The translations under genes were made by a program, and so were the position numbers. 24,000 nucleotides of DNA, from positions 1,764,137-1,788,136 of the forward strand of contig NZ_CP160797.1 of assembly GCF_040784915.1 (NCBI RefSeq), given 5' to 3'. Of the stretch, positions 9,044-19,014 are shown in pieces. The notes beneath the pieces were generated by a model that did not search any database, was not told the origin of the DNA, and saw only the letters and a list, made by a program, of their open reading frames with translations. Each line of letters opens with the position of its first letter. Position 1 is the first letter of the stretch. The stretch comes from Bacillus vallismortis. Its GTDB lineage: Bacteria; Bacillota; Bacilli; Bacillales; Bacillaceae.

Positions 9044-12000
9044 ATGTTCCTCAAACGCTTAGACGTTATAGGATTTAAATCGTTTGCAGAACGGATTTCC
9101 GTAGATTTTGTAAAAGGCGTTACAGCGGTTGTCGGTCCAAACGGGAGCGGAAAAAGCAATATTACAGATGCCATTCGCTGGGTTCTTGGAGAGCAATCGG
9201 CACGGTCTCTTCGCGGCGGAAAAATGGAAGATATCATTTTTGCCGGCAGTGATTCGAGAAAGCGATTAAACCTAGCTGAAGTTACACTTACTCTTGATAA
9301 TGATGATCATTTCTTGCCGATTGACTTCCATGAGGTCAGTGTTACAAGACGTGTATACAGATCAGGCGAGAGTGAGTTTCTGATTAACAATCAGCAGTGC
9401 CGCTTAAAAGATATTATTGATTTATTTATGGACTCTGGTCTAGGTAAAGAAGCATTTTCTATTATCAGCCAAGGGAAAGTGGAAGAGATCCTGAGCAGCA
9501 AAGCGGAGGATCGCCGCAGTATCTTTGAAGAAGCCGCCGGGGTGCTTAAATATAAAACGAGAAAGAAAAAAGCAGAAAATAAACTGTTTGAGACACAGGA
9601 CAATTTAAACCGGGTAGAAGATATATTACATGAGCTTGAAGGACAGGTTGAACCCCTTAAAATTCAAGCTTCAATCGCGAAAGACTATCTGGAGAAAAAG
9701 AAAGAGCTGGAGCATGTTGAAATTGCGCTGACTGCCTATGATATCGAAGAGCTGCATGGCAAATGGTCAACGCTTAAAGAGAAAGTGCAGCTCGCAAAGG
9801 AAGAAGAGCTCGCTGAATCGTCTGCAATTTCTGCGAAAGAAGCGAAAATTGAAGATGCGAGAGACAAAATTCAAGCGCTGGATGAATCAGTAGATGAGCT
9901 CCAGCAGGTCTTATTGGTGACGAGTGAAGAGCTGGAAAAGCTTGAAGGCCGTAAAGAAGTCCTGAAAGAACGCAAGAAAAACGCTGTGCAAAACCAAGAA
10001 CAGCTGGAAGAAGCCATCGTTCAGTTTCAGCAAAAAGAAACGGTGCTGAAAGAAGAGCTTGCGAAGCAGGAAGCTGTCTTCGAAACGCTTCAGGCAGAGG
10101 TGAAACAGTTAAGAGCTCAGGTAAAAGAAAAGCAACAGGCTCTCAGTCTTCACAATGAAAATGTCGAAGAGAAGATCGAGCAGCTGAAAAGCGATTACTT
10201 TGAGCTGTTAAACAGCCAGGCTTCGATACGCAACGAGCTCCAGCTGCTGGATGACCAGATGTCCCAATCCGCTGTCACATTACAGAGGCTTGCAGACAAC
10301 AATGAAAAGCATCTTCAGGAACGGCGCGATATTTCTGCGCGAAAAGCCGCATGTGAAACGGAGTTTGCCCGAATTGAGCAGGAGATGCACAGCCAAGTCG
10401 GCGCATATCGTGACATGCAGACAAAATATGAGCAGAAAAAGCGCCAATACGAAAAAAATGAATCCGCTTTGTATCAGGCATACCAATACGTTCAGCAAGC
10501 GAGATCGAAAAAGGACATGCTTGAGACGATGCAGGGTGATTTCTCCGGCTTTTATCAAGGTGTTAAAGAAGTGCTGAAAGTGAAGGAGCGCCTTGGCGGG
10601 ATTCGCGGAGCGGTCCTTGAGCTGATGTCAACAGACCGAAAGTATGAAACGGCCATTGAAATTGCGCTCGGCGCTTCTGCCCAGCATGTCGTGACCGACG
10701 ATGAACAGTCTGCCCGCAAAGCGATTCAATATTTAAAACAGAATTCCTTCGGCCGGGCGACGTTTCTGCCTCTTTCTGTCATCAGAGACCGCCAGCTTCA
10801 AAGCCGGGACGCGGAAACAGCAGCGCAGCATTCGTCATTTCTCGGGGTTGCCAGTGAACTTGTCACATTTGATCCTGCGTATCGGCGCATCATCCAGAAT
10901 CTTCTTGGAACCGTGCTGATCACAGAGGATTTAAAGGGGGCAAATGAGCTTGCGAAGCTTCTCGGCCACCGGTACCGCATCGTAACCCTTGAGGGAGATG
11001 TCGTGAATCCGGGTGGTTCAATGACGGGCGGAGCGGTTAAAAAGAAAAATAACTCGCTGCTTGGAAGAAGCCGTGAGCTTGAAGATGTGAGCAAACGGCT
11101 CATTGAAATGGAAGAGAAAACAGCACTGCTTGAACAAGAAGTCAAAACACTTAAGCAATCCCTTCAGGATATAGAGAATAAACTGGCTGATTTAAGAGAA
11201 ACAGGGGAAAGCTTGAGATTAAAGCAGCAGGATGTAAAAGGCCAGCTGTACGAACTTCAAGTTGCCGAAAAAAATATCAACACCCATTTAGAGCTCTATG
11301 ATCAAGAAAAATCCGCTCTGTTAGAAAGCGATGAAGAGAAGAAAACGCGCAAACGCAAGCTGGAAGAAGAGCTTTCTGCCGTATCCGAAAAGATGAAGCA
11401 GCTTGAAGAGGACATGGACAGACTGACAAAACAAAAACAAACGCAATCAACAACGAAAGAGTCTCTCTCCAATGAGCTTACCGAGCTGAAGATCACAGCG
11501 GCCAAAAAAGAGCAGGCATGCCAGGGTGAAGAGGACAACCTTGACAGACTAAAGAAAGAGCTCGCAGAAACAGAGTTTGCGTTAAAAGAAGCGAAAGAAG
11601 ACTTGAGCTTCTTAACGTCAGAGATGTCATCAAGCTCCAGCGGCGAAGAAAAGCTTGAAGAAGCTGCAAAACATAAATTGAATGACAAAACGAAAACGAT
11701 CGAACTGATTGCGTTAAGACGCGACCAGCGTATCAAGCTTCAGCATGGGCTTGATACGTATGAGCGTGAGCTGAAAGAAATGAAACGGCTGTATAAACAA
11801 AAAACAACGCTCTTAAAAGATGAAGAGGTCAAACTGGGCCGGATGGAAGTTGAGCTTGATAATTTGCTTCAGTACTTGCGGGAGGAATACAGCTTGTCCT
11901 TTGAGGGGGCAAAAGAGACATATCAGCTTGAAGCAGATCCAGAGGAAGCCAGAAAGCGCGTGAAGCTGATTAAACTCGCAATCGAAGAGCTGGGTGCTGT

Positions 12001-12604
12001 AAACCTCGGAAGCATAGATGAGTTTGAGAGGGTCAACGAACGGTATAAGTTTCTGTCAGAACAAAAAGAAGATTTGACAGAAGCGAAAAATACCTTGTTC
12101 CAAGTGATTGAAGAAATGGATGAAGAAATGACGAAACGCTTTAACGACACATTCGTCCAAATCCGCTCACATTTTGATCAAGTCTTCCGTTCCTTATTCG
12201 GAGGAGGACGAGCTGAACTAAGGCTCACCGATCCGAACGATCTGCTTCACTCAGGAGTCGAGATTATCGCACAGCCGCCGGGGAAAAAATTGCAAAACTT
12301 AAACCTTCTGTCAGGCGGAGAGCGTGCGCTTACTGCTATAGCGCTCTTATTCTCAATCTTAAAGGTTCGTCCTGTGCCGTTTTGCGTCCTTGACGAAGTA
12401 GAGGCTGCGCTTGACGAAGCGAATGTCTTCCGATTTGCGCAGTATTTAAAAAAATACAGCAGCGATACCCAGTTTATCGTGATTACCCACAGAAAAGGGA
12501 CGATGGAGGAAGCGGATGTGCTATACGGCGTAACCATGCAGGAATCCGGTGTTTCAAAGGTAATTTCAGTTAAGCTGGAAGAAACAAAAGAATTCGTACA
12601 GTAA
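9044..12604 (+). CDS. smc: Chromosome condensation/partition protein SMC
   Basis: 1186 aa. Walker A 'GPNGSGKSN', long coiled coils, hinge 'GIRGAVLELM...ALGASAQHVV', signature 'LNLLSGGERALTAIAL', Walker B 'VLDEVEAALDEAN'; RBS AAGGAGGATC. Confidence 0.98.
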   Translation: MFLKRLDVIGFKSFAERISVDFVKGVTAVVGPNGSGKSNITDAIRWVLGEQSARSLRGGKMEDIIFAGSDSRKRLNLAEVTLTLDNDDHFLPIDFHEVSVTRRVYRSGESEFLINNQQCRLKDIIDLFMDSGLGKEAFSIISQGKVEEILSSKAEDRRSIFEEAAGVLKYKTRKKKAENKLFETQDNLNRVEDILHELEGQVEPLKIQASIAKDYLEKKKELEHVEIALTAYDIEELHGKWSTLKEKVQLAKEEELAESSAISAKEAKIEDARDKIQALDESVDELQQVLLVTSEELEKLEGRKEVLKERKKNAVQNQEQLEEAIVQFQQKETVLKEELAKQEAVFETLQAEVKQLRAQVKEKQQALSLHNENVEEKIEQLKSDYFELLNSQASIRNELQLLDDQMSQSAVTLQRLADNNEKHLQERRDISARKAACETEFARIEQEMHSQVGAYRDMQTKYEQKKRQYEKNESALYQAYQYVQQARSKKDMLETMQGDFSGFYQGVKEVLKVKERLGGIRGAVLELMSTDRKYETAIEIALGASAQHVVTDDEQSARKAIQYLKQNSFGRATFLPLSVIRDRQLQSRDAETAAQHSSFLGVASELVTFDPAYRRIIQNLLGTVLITEDLKGANELAKLLGHRYRIVTLEGDVVNPGGSMTGGAVKKKNNSLLGRSRELEDVSKRLIEMEEKTALLEQEVKTLKQSLQDIENKLADLRETGESLRLKQQDVKGQLYELQVAEKNINTHLELYDQEKSALLESDEEKKTRKRKLEEELSAVSEKMKQLEEDMDRLTKQKQTQSTTKESLSNELTELKITAAKKEQACQGEEDNLDRLKKELAETEFALKEAKEDLSFLTSEMSSSSSGEEKLEEAAKHKLNDKTKTIELIALRRDQRIKLQHGLDTYERELKEMKRLYKQKTTLLKDEEVKLGRMEVELDNLLQYLREEYSLSFEGAKETYQLEADPEEARKRVKLIKLAIEELGAVNLGSIDEFERVNERYKFLSEQKEDLTEAKNTLFQVIEEMDEEMTKRFNDTFVQIRSHFDQVFRSLFGGGRAELRLTDPNDLLHSGVEIIAQPPGKKLQNLNLLSGGERALTAIALLFSILKVRPVPFCVLDEVEAALDEANVFRFAQYLKKYSSDTQFIVITHRKGTMEEADVLYGVTMQESGVSKVISVKLEETKEFVQ

Positions 12605-12623
12605 CGAGGAAAGAGGGTAAAAG

Positions 12624-13613
12624 ATGAGCTTTTTTAAAAAATTAAAAGAGAAAATCACAAAACAGACAGATTCCGTATCTGAAAAGTTTAAGGATGGCCT
12701 TGAAAAAACAAGAAACTCCTTTCAAACCAAAGTGAATGATCTTGTATCCCGTTACCGTAAAGTGGATGAGGATTTCTTTGAAGAACTTGAAGAGGTTCTT
12801 ATCAGCGCGGATGTCGGCTTTACAACCGTTATGGAATTAATAGATGAGCTGAAAACAGAAGTGAAACGCAGAAATATTCAAGATCCGATGGAAGTCCAGT
12901 CTGTTATTTCTGAGAAACTGGTCGAGATTTATAACAGCGGAGATGAGCAAATTTCTGAGTTGAACATTCAGGATGGGCGTTTAAATGTCATCCTTCTGGT
13001 AGGTGTAAACGGAGTCGGCAAAACGACAACAATCGGAAAGCTTGCCCATAAATTGAAGCAAGAAGGGAAATCTGTCGTACTTGCTGCCGGAGACACATTT
13101 AGAGCGGGCGCCATTGAACAGCTGGAAGTATGGGGAGAGCGTACGGGAGTGCCTGTCATTAAGCAGACGGCCGGAAGCGATCCTGCGGCTGTTATCTATG
13201 ATGCTGTCCATGCTGCGAAAGCAAGAAACGCTGATATATTAATCTGTGATACAGCAGGGCGTCTCCAAAACAAAGTAAACCTGATGAAAGAGCTTGAAAA
13301 AGTGAAGCGCGTCATCGAAAGAGAAGTGCCTGAAGCGCCGCATGAGGTGCTGCTTGCTCTTGATGCCACAACCGGACAAAACGCGATGGCGCAGGCGAAA
13401 GAGTTTTCTAAAGCAACAAACGTTACAGGCATTGCTTTAACGAAGCTTGACGGTACGGCAAAAGGCGGTATTGTCCTTGCGATCCGCAACGAGCTTCACA
13501 TCCCGGTTAAACTAGTCGGGTTAGGTGAAAAAGTTGATGATCTCCAGGGATTTAACGCTGAATCGTATGTATACGGCCTGTTTTCAGATTTAGTTGAGAA
13601 AGCCGAGGATTAA
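12624..13613 (+). CDS. ftsY: Signal recognition particle receptor FtsY
   Basis: 329 aa; NG-domain motifs 'LLVGVNGVGKTTTIGKLA', 'DTFRAGAIEQL', 'DTAGRLQNKVNLM', 'TKLDGTAKGG'. Confidence 0.97.
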   Translation: MSFFKKLKEKITKQTDSVSEKFKDGLEKTRNSFQTKVNDLVSRYRKVDEDFFEELEEVLISADVGFTTVMELIDELKTEVKRRNIQDPMEVQSVISEKLVEIYNSGDEQISELNIQDGRLNVILLVGVNGVGKTTTIGKLAHKLKQEGKSVVLAAGDTFRAGAIEQLEVWGERTGVPVIKQTAGSDPAAVIYDAVHAAKARNADILICDTAGRLQNKVNLMKELEKVKRVIEREVPEAPHEVLLALDATTGQNAMAQAKEFSKATNVTGIALTKLDGTAKGGIVLAIRNELHIPVKLVGLGEKVDDLQGFNAESYVYGLFSDLVEKAED

Positions 13614-13614
13614 G

Positions 13615-13645
13615 AAAAAGGCCCCTAAAAAGGCCTTTTTCTTTT
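13615..13645. terminator. Bidirectional intrinsic terminator between convergent ftsY and ylqB
   Basis: AAAAAGGCC (13615-13623) / GGCCTTTTT (13632-13640) followed by ctttt; the A-run on the 5' arm would give a U-tract for minus-strand transcription. Confidence 0.85.
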
Positions 13646-13646
13646 A

Positions 13647-14132
13647 TTATCTTCTTACTTGATAGGCGAAATGATAAAGGCTGTTATCAGTGGATACCAG
13701 TCTCGAATCTCCTGAATAAGCTCTAAAAGGGATGATGTCATAGTAATGAACGGAAACAGATGTGTAATACGTATAGTACCCAGCAGCTGGTCCCAAATAC
13801 ATTGGAACCTCAAACGTTCCGTTTTCATCGGTTGTTCCTGAAGCTGTTTTTGTTGTATTTCCGACTTTCGTATCTGCTTCAAATCTTACTGGAGCGTTTG
13901 GCACCGGCTGTCCGTTTTGGTCGAGCAATTTGCCGCTTATGGTGATATTGTACTTCACTCGCCAAAATTGACCTTGACCGTAATTGATTTTACCGTAAAC
14001 CCCTCCATCTGTGCTGATATTTGTGATTGTAGCCTTATAAGGCGCCTCAGCAGCGTCTGCTTGTTGTGCTGGGACAATGATTGTAAACACAGCTGCCAAG
14101 CACAGCATAAACAATAAACCGATTTTTTTCAT
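13647..14132 (-). CDS. ylqB: YlqB, secreted protein of unknown function with an Ig-like/transthyretin-like segment
   Basis: 161 aa on the minus strand; AAAAGGAGG RBS (complement of 14140-14148) 7 nt before ATG. Signal peptide MKKIGLLFMLCLAAVFTIIVPAQQADA^AE; 'GKLLDQNGQPVPNAPVRFEADT...TTDENGTFEVPM' resembles Big/Ig-like repeat folds. Confidence 0.88.
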   Translation of the reverse strand: MKKIGLLFMLCLAAVFTIIVPAQQADAAEAPYKATITNISTDGGVYGKINYGQGQFWRVKYNITISGKLLDQNGQPVPNAPVRFEADTKVGNTTKTASGTTDENGTFEVPMYLGPAAGYYTYYTSVSVHYYDIIPFRAYSGDSRLVSTDNSLYHFAYQVRR

Positions 14133-14237
14133 GAAAAATCCTCCTTTTAAATAGGGTTCATATACAATATCGGAATAAATTGGGTGATATTTAGTGTATT
14201 TTGGAAAAAATAATCATTGCTATGACAAGATAAAAAC

Positions 14238-14266
14238 TTGACAGTCTCCGTAAAACCGTGTAAACT
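14238..14266 (+). promoter_or_regulatory. Sigma-A promoter of ylxM-ffh
   Basis: Perfect TTGACA (14238-14243), 17-nt spacer, TAAACT (14261-14266). Confidence 0.85.
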
Positions 14267-14310
14267 AAGTTATCGTAAAGGGATTTGACTTAACAAAGGG
14301 GAGAGCTCAA

Positions 14311-14643
14311 ATGTCACTCGAAAAGACAACGAGAATGAATTATCTGTTTGATTTTTATCAGTCGTTGTTGACGTCAAAACAGAAGAGCTATATGTCGCTT
14401 TATTATTTGGACGATTTCTCCCTAGGCGAAATAGCCGAAGAATATGAGGTTTCAAGACAAGCTGTTTATGATAACATCAAACGAACAGAAGCGATGCTTG
14501 AACAATATGAAGAAAAGCTGCTCCTTTTGAAAAAGTTTCAGGAGCGTAAAGAGATGTTTAATAAGCTGAAGGAGCTTGCTTCCGGTTCAAAAGAAGAGGA
14601 AGAACTTACAGCTCTGATTGAAGCGCTTGAGAAATTAGATTAG
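14311..14643 (+). CDS. ylxM: YlxM, HTH-domain protein associated with SRP genes
   Basis: 110 aa; sigma-region-4-like HTH '[30 protein letters not shown]', immediately upstream of ffh; RBS GGGGAG. Confidence 0.95.
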   Translation: MSLEKTTRMNYLFDFYQSLLTSKQKSYMSLYYLDDFSLGEIAEEYEVSRQAVYDNIKRTEAMLEQYEEKLLLLKKFQERKEMFNKLKELASGSKEEEELTALIEALEKLD

Positions 14644-14656
14644 GAGGCGGCAAACT

Positions 14657-15997
14657 ATGGCATTTGAAGGATTAGCCGACCGACTGCAGCAGACGATTTC
14701 CAAAATCCGCGGAAAAGGGAAAGTCAGTGAACAAGATGTAAAAGATATGATGCGTGAGGTTCGTCTTGCGCTGCTTGAGGCTGACGTTAACTTTAAAGTA
14801 GTCAAGGATTTTGTCAAGAAAGTAAGTGAACGCGCTGTAGGCCAAGACGTCATGAAAAGTCTGACGCCCGGCCAGCAGGTCATTAAAGTTGTTAAAGAGG
14901 AACTGACTGAGCTGATGGGCGGCGAAGAGAGCAAAATCGCCACCGCGAAAAGGCCGCCGACTGTTATTATGATGGTCGGTCTCCAGGGTGCCGGTAAAAC
15001 GACAACAAGCGGTAAGCTTGCGAATCTGCTGCGCAAAAAGCATAATCGCAAACCGATGCTGGTTGCTGCCGATATTTACCGCCCAGCCGCCATTAAGCAG
15101 CTGGAAACACTTGGCAAACAGCTTGACATGCCTGTTTTCTCACTTGGTGATCAGGTCAGTCCTGTAGAAATAGCTAAACAGGCTATTGAAAAAGCCAAGG
15201 AAGAACATTATGACTATGTCATTTTGGATACGGCAGGCCGCTTGCATATTGACCATGAATTGATGGATGAACTGACCAGTGTGAAGGAAATCGCGAATCC
15301 GGAAGAAATCTTCCTGGTTGTCGATTCAATGACCGGTCAGGACGCTGTAAATGTAGCCCAAAGCTTTAATGAACAGCTCGGTTTAACCGGTGTTGTGCTG
15401 ACTAAGCTTGATGGAGACACACGCGGAGGTGCTGCGCTTTCTATTCGCGCGGTCACAAACACGCCGATTAAGTTCGCCGGTTTAGGCGAAAAGCTTGATG
15501 CGCTAGAATCGTTCCATCCTGAACGCATGGCATCAAGGATTCTCGGCATGGGCGACGTGCTGACATTGATTGAAAAAGCACAGGCCAGCGTCGATGAAGA
15601 TAAAGCCAAAGAGCTGGAACAAAAAATGAGAACAATGAGCTTCACATTGGACGATTTTCTGGAGCAGCTCGGGCAGGTCAGAAACATGGGGCCGCTTGAT
15701 GAGCTTCTGCAAATGATGCCGGGTGCAGGTAAAATGAAAGGCCTGAAAAACATCCAAGTTGATGAAAAACAGCTGAATCATGTGGAAGCAATCATTAAAT
15801 CAATGACTGTTCGTGAAAAAGAACAGCCGGATATCATCAATGCCAGCCGGCGGAAGCGGATTGCGAAAGGAAGCGGGACATCCGTGCAGGAAGTCAACCG
15901 TCTGCTTAAGCAGTTTGACGAAATGAAAAAAATGATGAAGCAGATGACAAACATGTCAAAAGGCAAGAAAAAAGGGTTTAAGCTACCTTTTATGTAA
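14657..15997 (+). CDS. ffh: Signal recognition particle protein Ffh
   Basis: 446 aa; 'VGLQGAGKTTTSGKLA', 'DTAGRLHID', Met-rich M domain with 'RRKRIAKGSGTSVQEVNRLLKQF'. Confidence 0.98.
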   Translation: MAFEGLADRLQQTISKIRGKGKVSEQDVKDMMREVRLALLEADVNFKVVKDFVKKVSERAVGQDVMKSLTPGQQVIKVVKEELTELMGGEESKIATAKRPPTVIMMVGLQGAGKTTTSGKLANLLRKKHNRKPMLVAADIYRPAAIKQLETLGKQLDMPVFSLGDQVSPVEIAKQAIEKAKEEHYDYVILDTAGRLHIDHELMDELTSVKEIANPEEIFLVVDSMTGQDAVNVAQSFNEQLGLTGVVLTKLDGDTRGGAALSIRAVTNTPIKFAGLGEKLDALESFHPERMASRILGMGDVLTLIEKAQASVDEDKAKELEQKMRTMSFTLDDFLEQLGQVRNMGPLDELLQMMPGAGKMKGLKNIQVDEKQLNHVEAIIKSMTVREKEQPDIINASRRKRIAKGSGTSVQEVNRLLKQFDEMKKMMKQMTNMSKGKKKGFKLPFM

Positions 15998-16036
15998 TCG
16001 GTTATACATGATAAAACCGTTGTTAAGAAAAAACAC

Positions 16037-16065
16037 TTTACAAACACTTTTATCATTGTTAATAT
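16037..16065 (+). promoter_or_regulatory. Candidate sigma-A promoter of rpsP
   Basis: TTTACA (16037-16042), 17-nt spacer, TAATAT (16060-16065), in the ffh-rpsP gap. An alternative -10, TATACT at 16063-16068, has poor spacing. Confidence 0.6.
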
Positions 16066-16078
16066 ACTATCTTGTTGA

Positions 16079-16374
<296 letters not shown>

Positions 16375-16375
<1 letters not shown>

Positions 16376-16620
16376 TGACTGATCAACACTTGGAAGATTT
16401 GATTGTCAAAATTGTGACGCCGCTTGTTGATCATCCAGATGACATTCGCATCACAAGAGAAGAAACCGATCAAAAGATTGCGCTGCGCTTATCTGTCCAT
16501 AAGTCAGATACCGGTAAAGTTATCGGAAAGCAAGGCCGGACTGCAAAAGCGATTCGAACAGCTGTATTTGCAGCTGGCGCACAGTCTTCTAAGAAAGTTC
16601 AATTTGAGATATTTGACTAA
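16375..16620 (+). CDS. khpA: KH-domain RNA-binding protein KhpA (YlqC)
   Basis: 81 aa with KH motif 'GKVIGKQGRTAKAIRT'; ATG overlaps the rpsP stop by 1 nt (TAATG). Confidence 0.95.
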
Positions 16621-16651
16621 AAGGGAGAGGGCCGGCACCTCCCCTTTTTTT
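16619..16651 (+). terminator. Intrinsic terminator after khpA
   Basis: AAAAGGG(A)GAGG-GCCGGCA-CCTCCCCTTTT stem with a single bulged A, followed by more T; overlaps the khpA stop codon. Confidence 0.85.
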
Positions 16652-16740
16652 ACACGCAAAAAAAGGGTAAACTGATAGAAGCTTAGGTGAAATTGAAAAC
16701 CTGAGCGACAAAAAGTTTTAAAAGCGGGGAGCTTGGTGCG

Positions 16741-17127
16741 ATGCAAATTATTCACCGTGTAGCCGTTATGCAAGTCTTAACCGAGCGCAGCAAGGAAAAG
16801 CTTTTAGCTTCTTTTGCCGACAAGAAACAAATGCTTGAACGAGAATGCAGCCAGCTCTATTTTCAGCTTAGAAAACATGAGAAAGAACAGCAAAATCCAG
16901 ATATGATTGAACAATTTAAAAAGGCAATAGAAAAGCGAAAAGATAACATAAAAATAATCGATTTTCAAATTGCTCAAGTACATACATTGCCGCTTGGCAG
17001 TGAGATGAAAGAAAAGGAAGTCGATGCGCTGCTGACAATTGAAGCCGGGGATAACTGGCATGAGAAAACAGCGGCAAACACCATCGTCATAAAAGACGGA
17101 CAAGTAATTGAAATTCGCCAGAGGTGA
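16741..17127 (+). CDS. ylqD: YlqD family protein of unknown function, predicted coiled coil
   Basis: 128 aa '[51 protein letters not shown]'; conserved position upstream of rimM. Confidence 0.93.
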   Translation: MQIIHRVAVMQVLTERSKEKLLASFADKKQMLERECSQLYFQLRKHEKEQQNPDMIEQFKKAIEKRKDNIKIIDFQIAQVHTLPLGSEMKEKEVDALLTIEAGDNWHEKTAANTIVIKDGQVIEIRQR

Positions 17128-17131
17128 TGAT

Positions 17132-17656
17132 ATGACAAAGCGATGGTTTAACGTAGGTAAGATCGTAAATACCCACGGAATTAAAGGCGAAGTGCGGGTG
17201 ATTTCGAAAACAGATTTTGCCGAAGAACGGTACAAGCCGGGCAACACGCTGTATCTGTTTATAGACGGACGTAACGAGCCCGTGGAAGTAACGGTGAACA
17301 CGCACAGACTGCATAAACAATTTCATTTGCTGCAGTTTAAAGAAAGACAAAGCATGAATGAAGTGGAAGAACTGAAAAACGCGATCATTAAAGTTCCTGA
17401 AGAAGATTTAGGAGAGCTGAATGCGGGAGAATTTTATTTCCACGAAATCATTGGGTGTGAAGTATTTACCGAAGACGGCCAACTAATCGGAAAGGTTAAA
17501 GAAATTTTGACACCTGGAGCTAATGACGTATGGGTCATCGGGAGAAAAGGGAAAAAAGACGCGCTGATTCCTTACATTGAATCAGTGGTCAAACATATCG
17601 ATGTCAGCGAAAAGAAAATTGAGGTTGAACTTATGGAAGGATTAATAGACGAATGA
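17132..17656 (+). CDS. rimM: 16S rRNA processing protein RimM
   Basis: Start corrected to ATG 17132 ([23 protein letters not shown]) after GAGGTGA; the track used TTG 17108. 174 aa. Confidence 0.96.
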   Translation: MTKRWFNVGKIVNTHGIKGEVRVISKTDFAEERYKPGNTLYLFIDGRNEPVEVTVNTHRLHKQFHLLQFKERQSMNEVEELKNAIIKVPEEDLGELNAGEFYFHEIIGCEVFTEDGQLIGKVKEILTPGANDVWVIGRKGKKDALIPYIESVVKHIDVSEKKIEVELMEGLIDE

Positions 17657-18384
17657 AAATCGACTTTTTGACACTGTTTCCCGAAATGTTTGAAGGCGTG
17701 CTCGGTTCATCGATTCTTCAAAAAGCGCAGGATAAAGAAGCGGTGCAGTTTCAAGTCGTAAATTTCCGGGAGTATTCTGATAACAAGCATAATACTGTTG
17801 ATGATTATCCTTATGGCGGCGGGGCAGGCATGGTTCTCAAGCCTCAGCCTGTTTTTGACGCGGTCGAGGGCCTGACATCAAAGGCAGCCGCTGCTCCGCG
17901 TATTATTCTCGTCTGCCCGCAAGGTGAACGCTTTACCCAAAAAAAAGCCGAACAATTAGCGAAGGAAGAGCATTTGCTGTTCATTTGCGGCCACTATGAA
18001 GGCTACGATGAACGCATTCGCGAGCATCTGGTGACGGATGAAATATCCATTGGCGATTTTGTTCTGACCGGCGGTGAGCTCCCTGCAATGATGATTGCCG
18101 ACAGTGTGGTTAGACTGCTTCCGGGTGTGCTGGGCAAAGAGGCTTCCCATATTGAGGATTCATTCAGCACCGGCCTTTTAGAGCACCCGCATTATACAAG
18201 ACCGGCGGATTACAAAGGTTTAAAAGTGCCTGAAACGCTTCTATCAGGAAACCATGCGAAAATCAACGAATGGCGGAATAAAGAATCGATCAGAAGAACC
18301 TATGCAAGACGCCCGGATCTTCTGAAAGACTATCCGCTTACAGAGCAGCAAAGAAAATGGATTTCTGAATGGGAAAAAGAATAG
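17653..18384 (+). CDS. trmD: tRNA (guanine-N1)-methyltransferase TrmD
   Basis: 243 aa; '[15 protein letters not shown]' and '[13 protein letters not shown]', '[14 protein letters not shown]'; ATGA overlap with rimM. Confidence 0.98.
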   Translation: MKIDFLTLFPEMFEGVLGSSILQKAQDKEAVQFQVVNFREYSDNKHNTVDDYPYGGGAGMVLKPQPVFDAVEGLTSKAAAAPRIILVCPQGERFTQKKAEQLAKEEHLLFICGHYEGYDERIREHLVTDEISIGDFVLTGGELPAMMIADSVVRLLPGVLGKEASHIEDSFSTGLLEHPHYTRPADYKGLKVPETLLSGNHAKINEWRNKESIRRTYARRPDLLKDYPLTEQQRKWISEWEKE

Positions 18385-18390
18385 ATTTTA

Positions 18391-18419
18391 TTGCATAGAC
18401 TATGAAATTGTGATAAGAT
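18391..18419 (+). promoter_or_regulatory. Sigma-A promoter for rplS with extended -10
   Basis: TTGCAT (18391-18396), 17-nt spacer, TAAGAT (18414-18419), preceded by TGA (extended -10 TGATAAGAT). Confidence 0.8.
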
Positions 18420-18425
18420 ACTACT

Positions 18426-18871
<446 letters not shown>

Positions 18872-18883
18872 TGATAACGAACG

Positions 18884-18920
18884 AAAAGAGCTTGTTACCT
18901 GTAACAAGCTCTTTTTTTAT
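18884..18920 (+). terminator. Strong intrinsic terminator after rplS
   Basis: Perfect 15-bp inverted repeat AAAAGAGCTTGTTAC (18884-18898) / GTAACAAGCTCTTTT (18901-18915) running into a T7 tract. Confidence 0.93.
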
Positions 18921-18927
18921 ACACAAT

Positions 18928-18956
18928 TTGAAAATGCCGGACAGGCATCGTAAAAT
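18928..18956 (+). promoter_or_regulatory. Sigma-A promoter for rbgA
   Basis: TTGAAA (18928-18933), 17-nt spacer, TAAAAT (18951-18956), just after the rplS terminator. Confidence 0.75.
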
Positions 18957-19014
18957 ACATAAAGGACAACAAAGAATTATGCATACTGAGAGATAAAGGC
19001 GGTGTTCGTGTCAC

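Noticed and set aside
10251-10577. 108-aa plus-strand ORF inside smc, and 92/68-aa minus ORFs at the same place
   Set aside because: Out-of-frame ORFs within the SMC coiled coil; the smc reading frame is intact throughout and fully explains the sequence.
13804-13822. GGAAC(N7)GTTCC inverted repeat near 13.8 kb, considered as an SOS/LexA-type box
   Set aside because: Spacing of 7 nt does not match the GAAC-N4-GTTC arrangement, and it lies inside ylqB coding sequence.
13760-14117. Small plus-strand ORFs (61 and 66 aa) and a 75-aa minus-strand ORF (13655-13882) within ylqB
   Set aside because: They overlap ylqB, which has signal peptide, RBS and coherent protein features; none has its own RBS.
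14635-15051. 138-aa minus-strand ORF opposite ffh (and similar ones at 15337-15753, 6378-6791, 11302-11736, 10798-11145)
   Set aside because: All lie opposite strong coding regions, are Ser/Phe-rich as expected for complement of Bacillus coding sequence, and lack credible initiation sites.
16000-16024. CGGTT...AACCG repeat between ffh and rpsP considered as terminator
   Set aside because: Only about 5 bp with a long AT loop and no T-tract; too weak to support.
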